From contig JAQGDQ010000025.1 in the NCBI GenBank assembly GCA_030141605.1, positions 1,042,732-1,106,731 on the forward strand: a stretch of DNA of 64,000 nucleotides, read 5' to 3'. Source of the DNA: Tubiluchus corallicola (taxonomy: Eukaryota > Animalia > Priapulida). The position numbers and the translations under genes are program-made. This document shows, one piece after another, positions 1 to 12,480 of the stretch. The stretch's first letter is position 1. Each line of letters opens with the position of its first letter. The notes under the pieces are model-generated. The model did not search any database and was not told the DNA's origin. It saw only the letters and a program-made list of their open reading frames with translations.

Positions 1-185
1 TAGTAGGACTCCTACACTACTACACTAATTACGCTAACAATACAGTACTACTATAGTGACTAATTTAATGTAAGCAAATTACACTAGCAAGTGCTACCGC
101 TATCACTATAAAGAACTTGACTGTGAAATGAAAAGGTGACAAACAAGTAAACAAAAATATCGTAAATAATAGATGGTTTGTCACA
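1..185 (-). repeat. 3' LTR (partial)
   Basis: Identical to 6891-7075; preceded on the minus strand by a G-rich tract TGTGGGGGGATC. Confidence 0.92.
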
Positions 186-597
186 GATCCCCCCACAACG
201 GAAAAAGTGTGGACGAATGTTTAAAGAACAGAATCCCACTTTTAAAATTATTGAACAGTTAATTTTAACTACCAACCATTACAGTGGTGAAAATTAGCAA
301 GTAACGACTGTTACTAACTGAATACAAAGTTTTACTAAATAATACAGTCACACAAAAATGGCATATCAAAACTTAAATGGATCTTCAACACACTTGTAAA
401 AGAACATTTTACACAAACTAAAGCACACTGGATATTTGATTTAAAATAATGAAAAGAATACAACATTTGAAGAATACTATCATTCACATTCAGAGATGTT
501 GTCACACATGATTGCATAAAATAAAATGCTTTAAACAACAAGGTCATTTAGGAAGAAATCACATTCCTATCTTATTTTCATCTAAGGCAACTTGAAC

Positions 598-3500
598 TTA
601 GTGCCTACTCAGTGCGTCTGCACAATAATTTGTTTTTCCTTTGATATGCACTACAGTGAAAGTGTATTCTTGTAGCAGTAAATTCCATCTGGCTATTCGC
701 CTATTGGCGTTTTTCATCTGCTTTAAGTAAGCTAATGATTGTGCATCTGTGCGAATCACAAACTGCCTACCTACAAGATAGTACGACGATTTCTCAATAG
801 AGAAAATTATAGCCAAAAGTTCTTTTTCTACTGTTGAGTAGTTACATTCATATTTGGTTAGCTTCATACTCAAATAAGTGATTGGAACCTCTTGTCTATC
901 ATCAGACATTTGTGTAAGTTGGCCGCCTATTCCTGTTGCACTAGCATCAGTTGTCAAGAAAAAAGTCTTATCAAAATCTGGTGCATGTAACACTGTATTT
1001 GAGTTTAATGCATCTTTGAGTGTGGTAAAGCTCTGTTCACACTCTGCATTCCATAGTACAATGTTTGGTTTGTCTTTTTCTGTCAAAGTATGTAATGGTG
1101 TTGCTATTGCAGAGAAATTAGGAATAAAACGCCTATAGAAACCTACGAAACCCAAAAATGACCTGACCTGTTTTTTAGTTTCTGTTCTTTTATAGTTCTG
1201 AATAGCGAGGATTTTCTCTGGCTGAGGTTTCAAAAGATTTCCGCCAACAACATAGCCTAAGAAATGAGTTTCTTGGAGTGCGAAATTACACTTGAGTGGT
1301 TTGATTGTCAAACCTGCATTAGACAGACAAGTAAGAACTAGCTCGATATGATAGAGATGATCTTGCCAAGAACGACTGAAAATGATAACATCGTCTATGT
1401 AACCAGAAGCAAAACCAATTACTGGTTCTAAAACACGATCTACCAGACATTGAGCTGTTGCTGCAGAATTACACAACCCAAAGGGCATAACTTGAAACTC
1501 ATGTTTACCAAACTCTGTTACAAATGCCGTGATTGGCCTCGAATTTTCCTCAAGATTAACCTGCCAGTAATATTTTGTCATGTCCAAGCAAGTAATGAAC
1601 ATTGCTCCATGCAATTGATCAACTGTTTCATCCATCCTGGGGATAGGATAAGGATCAAAAACTGTAATTGAATTAATTTTCCTAAAATCAATACAAAATC
1701 GAATCGATTGATCACGTTTGATCACAATGACTGCAGGACTTGAAAAAGGACTATCTGACTTGACTATTACACCCAGCCTTTCCATGTCCATGATTTCTTG
1801 CCTCACACTTTCCTTTTGCGCCTGAGGAATTCTGTATGGCTTCTGCACAACAGGATTGTCAGTAGTTAACTGTATTTTATGTTCTACGACGTTTGTCCTA
1901 CCAGGAATGTCAGAAAAGGTTGGTGTAAACTTCTCCAGAGTAGTTCGTAATTCATTCTTCTGCTTATCTGTTAAGTAATCAGGGATTACTACATCTTGTG
2001 CAGGTGTAATAGAGGTAGGAGCAAAACAGTGGTCTTCCATTTGTGACCGTTGCATTGGTGACACACTTTCATGCTCAGGATCTAATTCCAATTCATCTTG
2101 ACCAGTAAATACGTCAAGTGTGGGAATTGTTTGCGTATAAAGGGCTTTTCTTTCTTCACGCGGTATCCAAGCTTTGAGCAAATTAATATGGAATTGCTTG
2201 ACCTGTCTGCTTTTACCTCCAATGATAACGGAGTACACATGTTCTGAGATTTTATCAGCAATCTCATACGGGCCTTTCCAGGTTCGTTCCATCTTTTTAC
2301 GAGATGTAGGCAATAAGACTAATACCTTCTGTCCTACTTCAAGATTTCGGTACCTAGCTTTCTGGTCATACCAGTCTTTTTGTCCGATTTTAGCTTTTCT
2401 CAAAGCTTCGTGTGCCTCTTGAGTTACCGTTTCTAATTTATCAATGATATTGGCAACATAATCATCAATGTCTTGGGGACTAGTAGGTTGGTCACAACCC
2501 CAACGTTTCCGAAGAAGAGCCATTGGACCAGTTACTTGGTGTCCATAAACCAACTCAAATGGGCTGTACTGCAGGGATTCTTGTGGTACCTCACGGTAAG
2601 CAAACAAAACAAATGGGATCAGATCATCCCATTCCATGGTTTTGTCACTCAGGGTAAGCTTTTTAATGGATCTTTTTAGACTTCCATTGAATCGCTCACA
2701 TAAGCCTTGAGATTGAGGATTATATGGAGTAGATGTAATCCCTTTGATGTGGAAAGCTTGTTCTAGTTGCCTTATGAGATTAGAACAAAATTGGGTGCCT
2801 TGGTCTGACTGGATTGACTCTGGGCATCCATGTCTACTAATAAATTGGAGTAAGCACTTGGCTATAGTCTCTGACTCAGTATTTTTGATAGGGAAAGCAT
2901 CAGGGTATCTGGTACCTTGATCCACAATTACCAGTGCCCACTTATTGCCACTCTTGGTTCTAGCCAGTGGACCAATAAGGTCAATTTGGAGGGACTGAAA
3001 AGCTTTTTCCACTACTGGAAGAGGTTTTAGCTTGGCTCTGTCTCCTTTCATGACTCTTGCTGTCTTTTGACATATTGGGCAGGATTGTATATACTTTTTA
3101 ATGGCAGTGTGTATTCCTGGCCAAGTATATTCGAACAATATCCTATCCCTTGTTTTCTTGACACCTAGATGCGCTCCAGCCTTTGAATCATGGGCTAGTT
3201 GTAGGACTTGCTGCCTTCTACACTGAGGAACAACAAGCAACTGATCAACTGTTTTCCCCATTTTTCGTTTATTAGCCCGATAAAGTATGCCTTGCTTTAG
3301 AAAATATCCTTTGCCATCTTGCACCGCAGTGTCTCCACTCACCACATGATCAAAAAGATTTTTTATGGTTACATCATTTTGCTGTTCTTCTATCAGCTGG
3401 TGTCGAGACACTATGGCAAACATGTAGTTTTCCTCTGCTGATGCATACTGCTTAATTTCGGAAGAAAATTCAATTTCTGACTTTACACTACTGGTTTCTT

Positions 3501-5418
3501 TGTTTAGTTGCTTTTTAAGCTCAACTGTTTGCGCTCGTGTCATAACCAATGACTTTTCTTTTTGATTTCTTTGAAAACTGTTATTTAGTGCTCGACCTTT
3601 ATAATCAGTCAAGGCATTACTACTTGGTTTCTGTACATCTTTGCCAAATTTAACAAAAGAAGGTACATGAGAAGTCTCATCCATACTACTAACATTCATA
3701 TGATGTTTCTCAGGAGCAACTTGTGCAGGTTGAGAAGTACTCTTTACATAATCAAATGGTTGTATGGATGTCAGGTAATTATTACCTAAACAAAAGTCGC
3801 AAGGGAGTCCTTTAATAACTGCTACCAGGAGCCAACCATTCAGTTTGTGACTACAAACAGGGACCCTAGCTAGAGGAATTCGACGAAGGTCGCCATGACA
3901 ACAGCGGATTCCAACAGTTTCTCCAAGATACTGTTCATTTTTTACAAATTCAGGACGTATAAGGCTATCGTCTGAGCCAGTATCCCGTAAGCCTACTGCT
4001 ATTCGACTGTTGATCATAACCTCAAACTCGTGATTTTCTTGTAATGCTCCATCTTGAGTATTTGAAAGTGTGAAATTTGGAGTAATGGTTCCCTCACTTT
4101 CGTTTTCACTATAGCATTGTTTCTTAAAATCACCTCTAGGTTTTTGCTTCTTGTTTGAGTCATTTTGAAAAGCTTGTGTGGACTCTTGCTTTTTCACTGG
4201 GCAGTCGAGCTTCACATGCCCTGTTTTCCCACAATGGTAACATTTAGGGCGAGCATTGCCCTGTGATTCATGATCCGAATCATTGTTTTTAGCATTGCCA
4301 CGTGTCCTTTTAGATGATTCATTTTTCTGCAAAACTGCTGCATCATTAAATGAGCTCCAATAGTTGTCTGCTTGCTCCGCTATTTGTAAGTATGACATGT
4401 GAGGTAGCCTACGAAGATAAGAAACCATGTCTTCTGGGAGCTTAGACAATGCTTGTTCAAGAAAGAAGAGATCTCCAATTTGCTCTTTGGATTCTGCATT
4501 CGCTGCTTTAAGCCATTGCATGCCCGCTTTACGCACTCTGTTAAAGTAACTTCTGTGCGTTTCCTTTTTCAGTTTACATATGTTTCTGAATGCCGTGCGA
4601 TATGCATCCTTCGACAATTTGTATGCATTCAAAATTTGCACCTTAACAACATCATAATTGAATATTTGAGACTGATTAACATCTTGCAAAGCTAAGGCAG
4701 CACGACCCGACAGAACTCTAGCCAAGTTAGGAACATACTGCGAAATTGGGACTTTGTTGACTCGCATACAGATTTCGAATTGATCTAAAAACGACAAAAT
4801 ATCTTCTGTTTTTTCATCAAAATTTCTGAATTTGATTATTGTGCTTTTGTCTTGTGTAGCATTTACTGTTGTTTGCAAATTGTTTACTACATTAGACGTC
4901 GTCTGCATTTGTAACTTCAGTTTTTCCAGCTCAATTTTTTGTGTTTCTAAAATCAGCTGTTGGTGTTTAATTTTTAGTTCCTGTTCTGATAATTTAATAT
5001 CAGGCTGCGCATGCGCATACATAGGCATTTGACCAGGTTCTTGAACTGCAAATGGATCCAATTCAGGCAAAGTAGGGGGTGCAGTTGATACAGTAGGTGA
5101 GCTAAAAGCCTTAAATTCTTTATTTGGGGCCGCTTTAGGAGTAGAACTTGCAACATCAGCCCTATCAAATTCTATTTGACCTGCAACACCTGTCGCTGCA
5201 TTTGCTGGCTTTGCTGAATTTAATAATGATTGCATATTTGACAGAGCAAAATCAAGTGGATCTGAAATTGAAATCTGTTGTGTTTCAAGAATTAATTGCA
5301 CAATGTTTTCTTTTCTGGCTTTTGGGTCTATAACCAAACCCATGTCACCTGCTATGTCAAATAATTCACCTTTGATCATTTTACGCAACTCTTCAGCTGT
5401 AAAAAGTTTACTAGCCAT
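598..5418 (-). CDS. Gag-Pol polyprotein, domain order Gag(capsid/SCAN-like, CCHC)-protease-integrase-RT-RNase H
   Basis: CYHCGKTGHVKLDC zinc knuckle; LRDTGS protease; HDSKAGAH..CPIC, IDLIGP/SDQG/ERFN and GPY integrase motifs; MPFGL and YIDD RT motifs; TDAS..ADALSR RNase H at the C-terminus. Confidence 0.96.
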   Translation of the reverse strand: MASKLFTAEELRKMIKGELFDIAGDMGLVIDPKARKENIVQLILETQQISISDPLDFALSNMQSLLNSAKPANAATGVAGQIEFDRADVASSTPKAAPNKEFKAFSSPTVSTAPPTLPELDPFAVQEPGQMPMYAHAQPDIKLSEQELKIKHQQLILETQKIELEKLKLQMQTTSNVVNNLQTTVNATQDKSTIIKFRNFDEKTEDILSFLDQFEICMRVNKVPISQYVPNLARVLSGRAALALQDVNQSQIFNYDVVKVQILNAYKLSKDAYRTAFRNICKLKKETHRSYFNRVRKAGMQWLKAANAESKEQIGDLFFLEQALSKLPEDMVSYLRRLPHMSYLQIAEQADNYWSSFNDAAVLQKNESSKRTRGNAKNNDSDHESQGNARPKCYHCGKTGHVKLDCPVKKQESTQAFQNDSNKKQKPRGDFKKQCYSENESEGTITPNFTLSNTQDGALQENHEFEVMINSRIAVGLRDTGSDDSLIRPEFVKNEQYLGETVGIRCCHGDLRRIPLARVPVCSHKLNGWLLVAVIKGLPCDFCLGNNYLTSIQPFDYVKSTSQPAQVAPEKHHMNVSSMDETSHVPSFVKFGKDVQKPSSNALTDYKGRALNNSFQRNQKEKSLVMTRAQTVELKKQLNKETSSVKSEIEFSSEIKQYASAEENYMFAIVSRHQLIEEQQNDVTIKNLFDHVVSGDTAVQDGKGYFLKQGILYRANKRKMGKTVDQLLVVPQCRRQQVLQLAHDSKAGAHLGVKKTRDRILFEYTWPGIHTAIKKYIQSCPICQKTARVMKGDRAKLKPLPVVEKAFQSLQIDLIGPLARTKSGNKWALVIVDQGTRYPDAFPIKNTESETIAKCLLQFISRHGCPESIQSDQGTQFCSNLIRQLEQAFHIKGITSTPYNPQSQGLCERFNGSLKRSIKKLTLSDKTMEWDDLIPFVLFAYREVPQESLQYSPFELVYGHQVTGPMALLRKRWGCDQPTSPQDIDDYVANIIDKLETVTQEAHEALRKAKIGQKDWYDQKARYRNLEVGQKVLVLLPTSRKKMERTWKGPYEIADKISEHVYSVIIGGKSRQVKQFHINLLKAWIPREERKALYTQTIPTLDVFTGQDELELDPEHESVSPMQRSQMEDHCFAPTSITPAQDVVIPDYLTDKQKNELRTTLEKFTPTFSDIPGRTNVVEHKIQLTTDNPVVQKPYRIPQAQKESVRQEIMDMERLGVIVKSDSPFSSPAVIVIKRDQSIRFCIDFRKINSITVFDPYPIPRMDETVDQLHGAMFITCLDMTKYYWQVNLEENSRPITAFVTEFGKHEFQVMPFGLCNSAATAQCLVDRVLEPVIGFASGYIDDVIIFSRSWQDHLYHIELVLTCLSNAGLTIKPLKCNFALQETHFLGYVVGGNLLKPQPEKILAIQNYKRTETKKQVRSFLGFVGFYRRFIPNFSAIATPLHTLTEKDKPNIVLWNAECEQSFTTLKDALNSNTVLHAPDFDKTFFLTTDASATGIGGQLTQMSDDRQEVPITYLSMKLTKYECNYSTVEKELLAIIFSIEKSSYYLVGRQFVIRTDAQSLAYLKQMKNANRRIARWNLLLQEYTFTVVHIKGKTNYCADALSRH

Positions 5419-5879
5419 GCTGACGTAAATATTGCGTGATCAAAGGACCAAATATTCAAAGAAATGACTTCAAAGTTGTCAAAGTTATGTGCAAAAACTA
5501 ACAGCACTGTTCAGTTAACAACTAGACCAGTAAAAATGGGCATTAATGCTTATAAAGAGCAAATCAAAACTTCAATAAGTCAAGAAGTGAACACACGCCA
5601 CCAGGTAAATGTTACAACCATGCAAAGTGAATATCAACAATTTCTGTACAACATTATAATCACTATACTACAGGCTGATTTACTAATCTTTTCTGGGTCA
5701 AATTATTAATGCCAGCCAGTGAATAAAATTAATGCCAACGTGAAAAATACCAAGTTCATGTTTGCATCGGAATATAATTTCCGCAATAGGTTCAAGAAAA
5801 CTACTTGTTCAAAATGCCTCTCCCTAATTTAAAGGCTTATACAAGGCACAGAGTAAAAAGCAGTTATATAAGACCATAA

Positions 5880-5889
5880 GCTGCCACCA
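5880..5889 (-). promoter_or_regulatory. Primer binding site TGGTGGCAGC (tRNA-Leu-like)
   Basis: Lies 2 nt after the LTR end; complementary to the ...GCTGCCACCA 3' end recalled for tRNA-Leu(AAG/TAG). Confidence 0.75.
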
Positions 5890-5891
5890 CT

Positions 5892-7075
5892 TGTGACGCC
5901 ATGTCTATAGGTTACGTACTCTGAGTCTCAATGTCTTGAAAAGCAGGCACGACCGCCCTATAAACGAGGTGTAACACGTGGTTCTGGGGTTCTATAGTGT
6001 TAGATAATTTACTACTAGAATCCTGGAGTCGGGCTAAGGCTTTGTTGTTTCATACGGGGGCACGCGGAACCCGAGCCTAGGAGTCTTAATGAGCTAGTAA
6101 TATTCGATGGTAGATAGAATACCAAACCAACTATTAAGCTGTATATAACAAAATTTAATTGATTACTACTTTAACCCGGAGAAAAGAAATAGCTAACAAT
6201 AACAATTAATCACAGTACAGCAAATATATTCTCTAGTCTAATAATAGAGAAGGGAGGTGTTAGTGGGGGTAGCACGTGCAAATGATGACGCACTCTCGAT
6301 GACGGCAATCCAACGATGACCATATAGAAACGGAATTATGCTAGCTAGCAAACACTGAGCAAAAGTACAAAAGTCTTGTCTTACCAGACACTCCATGAAC
6401 ATTGTGTGAAACTGCAGCTGCTAACCTGTGGGGTAACATCCATGGATTTACCAACTATGGTTTGCTCTACCAACAATGGACTGTCCACCATGAACTTTAG
6501 CGTGACTTCAGGTTTGAACGAATCCTCAGACAATGACGGTAACGGTAACCACCTCATCAAACCGAGACAACGTACTCGACAAAGACCCGTTAGCACTGTA
6601 AGCAATGGCTGTTGACAAAAGAAATAGTGACGTCTACTGCACTATAACATCGACGATGCTAATCGACATTTTTGACTGTCTTTTCACAGACATGTGAAAA
6701 TCAGACGATGGTCATTTTACGTGACCTAGGCCTTTCAACAACGGCCGACTGACTGCCAGGTTGCACGTCTCAGATTATATCTGTAACGTATGTATCATGT
6801 ACACTTCATACCTGTACGGGTTTCACACATTTGAAATAAGCCGCGAGTATTGCAGGTATTGCAGAACACAACCACATGACGAGGGGGTGTTAGTAGGACT
6901 CCTACACTACTACACTAATTACGCTAACAATACAGTACTACTATAGTGACTAATTTAATGTAAGCAAATTACACTAGCAAGTGCTACCGCTATCACTATA
7001 AAGAACTTGACTGTGAAATGAAAAGGTGACAAACAAGTAAACAAAAATATCGTAAATAATAGATGGTTTGTCACA
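5892..7075 (-). repeat. 5' LTR (1184 bp)
   Basis: TG...CA termini with a 6-bp inverted repeat; adjacent to the PBS; its end is duplicated at 1-185. Confidence 0.92.
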
Positions 7076-7114
7076 TATATCAGATTCTTTGGATGCATTG
7101 TAACGATTTATGAT

Positions 7115-7525
<411 letters not shown>

Positions 7526-8840
7526 TTTGATTTGATTTAATTCTTTATTTCAAGCATAAGTTCATATTATAATTTACATATATACAACATACAACATAAT
7601 AAAAACAAAAAACTGATACAAACAAATCACACAAACTTAGGTAAGCATGAAAATTACAATAATACTCTCCACCATTGCTGTCTTATGTGCGATGTAAATT
7701 TAGCATTGCTTACCAAAATTTTCTGGCACATTATATGATCACTAGAATCAAATCTTTTCATTAAACTTAATACATCAGAATACATCACTAAAATGTCTCC
7801 AGGTAGACATGCAATGGAATGTATTACGGTAAGCATTAAATAGATATCTTTTAACATCAACAGAACAATAGCTGAATTTTCTAATAAGTTGGTTTGTACG
7901 ACAGTAGTATAAGGATCTTTGATTAACAATTTCAAGGTCATCTCGGTTATCATTTGAAATAATATGTCCCAAATATTTTCCATTATCACAGGCATTAAAA
8001 CATTATTATTTAGTTTGATGTTACCAAACGTAAAATTTCTCATGATGTTTGAATTAACAGACATAAGTTTAGTTTTAGCCACATTGGTTTTTATGTCATA
8101 CAGTTCAGCATACAATTTATACACATCTAGTAGTTGCTGTAGGGCCGTAATCGTTGTTGCTAACAAACAAACACCGTCAGCATACATCAGGTGGTTCATA
8201 TCATAACCATGTTCGAGACATTGCAATCAAGTTGGGTGGATGAAAGCTTAACACCTAGATCTTTAAAATAAAAATTAAAAAGAAAAGGTGACATCTTGCC
8301 ACCTTGGCGTACTCCATTTCCAATATTAAAAGTTGTAGACTGGCTATGCCCCCACCTGACAGACATGCTTTGTTGGGTGTAATAAAATGTGAGCAAGCGG
8401 ATTACAATACTCGGGATGGAAGTCCTTGTGAGTTTGGGAAAAAGCTTGAATAAATTAACCCTATCAAATGCGTTTGACGCGTCGATAAAAACAATGTGAA
8501 CAGAGCTATCACGACTAATGTAGTAGTCAATGATCTCCTTTAATGTGTTTATGCAAATTTCGGTGCCAAGTTTTTCTGCATAACCAAACTGATTAGGACT
8601 TGTTGGAATATACTGTTTGCATCTGTTAAGTAATAAAATTTCGAATATTTTGCTGGCAATAGAAGCTAGTGCAATTGGCCTTTTATCTTTTACTAGAGGA
8701 ATTAATATAGACATCATCAGCGATTCAGGAAGAAAGCCGTGAATCAAACAGGAGCTGAATAACAAGGATAAAAGAACCGGTAACATTGAGGAAGAATACT
8801 CAAAATGTTCGGCCTGTATACCAGATTTATTCAAAGTTAG
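7526..8840 (-). mobile_element. 5'-truncated, frameshifted non-LTR retrotransposon (RT and 3' end; possibly RTE-X-like)
   Basis: RPIALAS, QFGY, DASNAFDRV, GVRQGGKMSPFLF and HLMYAD motifs spread over several frames; AATAAA plus (AAATC)n tail at ~7526-7550; GA tracts on both sides. Confidence 0.85.
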
Positions 8841-10430
8841 TGAGAGAGAGAGAAAGGAAGAGAGAAAGAGGGAGAGAGAGAGAGAGAGGCGAGATAAACG
8901 AATTAATAGTTAATAAGTGGTAGCAAAATTCTAAATTCTAATTATAATTACATGGCGAGATAATGTTTTACTATGACTCAAAGGCCAAATGCCACCGTGC
9001 TTATTCTCAAATGTAAAAGCTAAAATGAGTAAAATGAATAGATTTATGCATAAGCACTGCAATCGCTACAACTAATTAAACAACTTGAAACCTGTTCTTA
9101 AGAATTGAAGCCTAGTCACATATTTTAACGAAAATTTCGAAATTTCATAGCAAATTGTACGCTTGCTTTTGTAAAACTCAAAAAAACTGCTAATTCATTT
9201 AAAGTCCTTTTATGTGACAGGCACATAGAAATAATAACACTAATAATAATAACAGTAATGAACATACTGTCTGTAGCAGCTGCTATTTCATCCATGTTAG
9301 ATTTTCACGGCAAGTTTGTACAGTGTAATATTCTGGTAACACAATTAGTCCAGAGACTAGATCTGGAATGAAAATTAAAATTAGAAAAAAATATTGCACA
9401 ACGATCAAGTACATTTAAAATACAGGAACTGCCAAAAAATCTAAGCTAATTTGAAAACGGTATGCATTTCATAGTTTCTTTTCAATTCAAATTCGTTAGG
9501 CAACATATAGGCCTATAACTGTAATTAATTGAAAAGAGAAAATTGTATAAGTTTATGCTAAAGTTTCTAAGAACGATGATGTAACGTGTGCAATTTGTAC
9601 AACTTTATGTTAACAGTAGCGAGTCAAGCGAGATTTGTACAACAAGGAAATTCACACTGTCAAAACAACCAAATGACTATATGAGAAAGTCTGCAAAAAG
9701 GATGTAAAAGATCGGAAGTTTCTTGATGCACCTTTCGATTTTGCAATAACTATAGTAATAATTGATGTCCTTTATATTCCCACTCAAAATCCTGTTATAT
9801 TTTGCTATTTTTCTGTAACTAACATGCTGGACTTAGCTGCGTGCTGGTTGAAGTTGTACACATTCTTTTTGAAGACTTTTTCAAATGTTCGTTTTCGTGG
9901 TGAGAACTTTTTCTAGCATACAACAAATTCCTATTATTTATAACAAGATTTTAACCTAGAGATAAGGAAAGTAAAATGATAAACTCACTGGAGGTCACAT
10001 TACACCTGTAATTATAGGATATCAACTGATGATGAAACACTGCCATTCCGAAATGTATTGAAATATTTTATTAAAATTTTAACAGTGCAAAATGCATATC
10101 TTTATTTATGTTTTCCTCTAACTTTAACATTAACTGTAGCATTTTGGTTGGCCAGCTATAATGGATGAACCCTGGACTCCCTTGGACACTGGGAGTAGCA
10201 ATGACTGAATGTTCTAAGGCGTTTGTTAAATTGTTAAGTTTTTTTAACAATAATAATTTTTTAACAGTAAGAAGTTTTGGACGATAACTCATGCTTTTTG
10301 CGCACCGTGTCTGGTGTTACATGAGATTGTTGCAAAAAAGTAACTAATTAAATACATAAAAACATAAATACTATTGTAAAGTTGCTGCACTAACCTTTGA
10401 CCTGCTTAAAAACAGGCTTGCTGATAACTG

Positions 10431-10470
<40 letters not shown>

Positions 10471-11059
10471 CCCTCGCTCTCGAAGAGGCTCGATTTCGAT
10501 GTGTATCTTGATCTTAAAGCAGTAATTAAAGTGCTGGCGTCTGTATACTTCTTCATATTATAGGCTTTCTTTTAATCCGGTTGCTCAGTGTGCATGCGTC
10601 TGAGCATTTGTGCAGGTAATGAAGATTGCACGTGATAGAAACTACATCAAAATGATTCAGAAAACTACTGAAGCGAATTGGGCAAGTAATTGAATAGTGT
10701 GTAGCGGCCAGCTGGAAAGTCCTTAAAAACGCAACAATTTCTCCATTAAGCAATTGTATTTTTTACTTTGTTTCTATAATATGATTACACTGCAGACAGT
10801 AATTTAACAAACCAGAATCATTTTAGTAAATTAAGTCGCTAAAACTAGCATTAAAGCCGCGTCATCCAGGTCATCCATCCGTTTACTGTCCAGCTTCAGT
10901 GTTGGTCAATTTGATGCTAAATACACGCTAAATACACGCTACTTTTCTCGGCTTTAATTCTAGTATGTTAATATGTTAATTTTATGAGAAAAATGAAATT
11001 ATTTATCATTTAGTGGTAGGCCCAAAGTACAGAGTCCATTAGGCCCAAACAATTTATTA

Positions 11060-11760
11060 ATTTACTGAAATCAAACTGCAAACCAACTATGCAAATTACT
11101 GGGAGGAGACGCCGACAAAGAAACTGGTAAAAACGTTATGAAGTTACGAACTTCATAGAAGAATAATACTTATTGCTAATGAAAAATCCCATTAAAAGAG
11201 CAAACTTTACAAAGTTGCGTATTAGCTCACACAACCTCCTTACTGAGAAAGACCGCCACACCAAACCTAAAATCCCCCTTAACAACAGACTATGCCATCT
11301 TTGTAAAGATAAAAAAATTGATGACGAAAAGCATTTAGTTCTTGAATGTAACTACTATAAAGATTTAAGACATAGCCTGCTTTCTCATGTCAATGAAATT
11401 TCCCCAAACTTTGTTAATCTGACGGTAAAGGAAAAATTTATATTTCTAATGAAAGGAAATGAATATGAACTTGCAAATTTAATTTCAAACTATATTACAG
11501 ACTGTTTTAAAAGAAGAAAATAAAATCGTAGACACAGAAAATCACATTCAGTTGATACCAAAAGTACATTATAATTATATGATTTTTGTAAAGTGTAAAT
11601 ATTATTTACTGTTTAACCTCTATTGTATGTTTTACTGTTTCAATAATAATGACGATTATACCCAAGTGTTGGGATGCTTTGTGTGATGTGTGATTTTTTT
11701 TCATGTTCATTGCACTGTATAGTGTTTGTGCCGTTCGTCAATAAACTATAATCTATTTTT
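11060..11760 (+). mobile_element. LINE 3' fragment with C-terminal Cys/His finger
   Basis: TKLRISSHNL..E..R..RLCHLC..DEKHLVLEC in ORF 11173-11523; the outer boundaries are approximate. Confidence 0.7.
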
Positions 11761-11885
11761 ATCAAGTAACCGAGTAGTTAATTAAATTTCACTTTATACA
11801 TGTAGCAAAATGTATGCATTATGCTCCTTGATTAAGCAAATAAAAACAGAAGAAAGAGAAGAGAATCATAGCGAGAAACCGTTCA

Positions 11886-12123
11886 AAGTTCTCATAAAGT
11901 TGAACATATGCTGCGTCTTAATTAATTGAGATAGTTAATCAGCTGTTTTCAGGTCACCTGCCGTTAATTCTGAAGTTCTCATAAAGCTGAACAAATGCTG
12001 CGTCTTAATTAATTGAGAAGGTTAATCAGCTGTTTTCAAGTCACCTGCCGTTAATTCTGAAGTTCTCATAAAGCTGAACAAATGTTTCGACTTAATTAAT
12101 TGAGATAGTTAATCAGCTGTTTT
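11886..12123. repeat. 87-bp tandem repeat, ~2.7 copies
   Basis: Units start with aagttctcataaag at 11886, 11973 and 12060; the third unit is interrupted by an insertion. Confidence 0.92.
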
Positions 12124-12200
12124 AACCTAGCCACTGGGGGAGGGGGGTCAAGCCAGCCCAACTCAGTGCCGGTCCCAAGCCCGGATAAATAGGGAGGGTT
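12123..12200 (+). ncRNA. Twister ribozyme (type P1, post-cleavage form)
   Basis: U^AAC-CUA-GCC..GCCGGUCCCAAGCCCGGAUAAA-UAGG-GAGGG matches the eukaryotic twister core. P2 is CCUA/UAGG, P3 is CACUGGG/CUCAGUG, and the CCC/GGG pseudoknot is present. Confidence 0.88.
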
Positions 12201-12480
12201 AGGGTCAGGAAGGGCATCCGCCTGTAAAAACTGCGCCAAAACCTTCTATGAATGAGTCGGTGAGACTTAAAGGGAAAGTCCACAAAGAAGTGGTCAGACC
12301 CGCTCTAATCTATGGGCTGGAAGCAGCTTCTCTAAAGACCGAAGAGAAGAAAATGGGTGTGGTGGAGATGAGGATGTTGAGATGAATGGTGGGAATAACA
12401 AGAAGAGATAAAATTAGAAATAATAATATCAGAGGAACAGTAAAAGTAGTGGAAGCCTCGCAAGATTGCAAGAAGAAGAA
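12124..12480 (+). mobile_element. Non-autonomous RTE-derived short retroposon: twister head + RTE ORF 3' remnant + (AAG)n tail
   Basis: 16-bp TSD gttaatcagctgtttt at 12108-12123 and 12481-12496; remnant translates VRPALIYG..EMRMLR*MVGITRRDKIRN; ends aagaagaagaa. Confidence 0.9.

Larger units (their letters stand above)
1..7075 (-). mobile_element. Gmr1-like Ty3/Gypsy LTR retrotransposon (3' LTR runs off the window start)
   Basis: 1-185 is identical to 6891-7075. The full LTR 5892-7075 has TGTGAC...GTCACA ends. PBS at 5880-5889, PPT at ~186-197, intact gag-pol ORF between them. Confidence 0.95.

Noticed and set aside
6376-6615. Short ORFs within the LTR
   Set aside because: No recognisable motifs, non-ATG starts, and lengths expected by chance.
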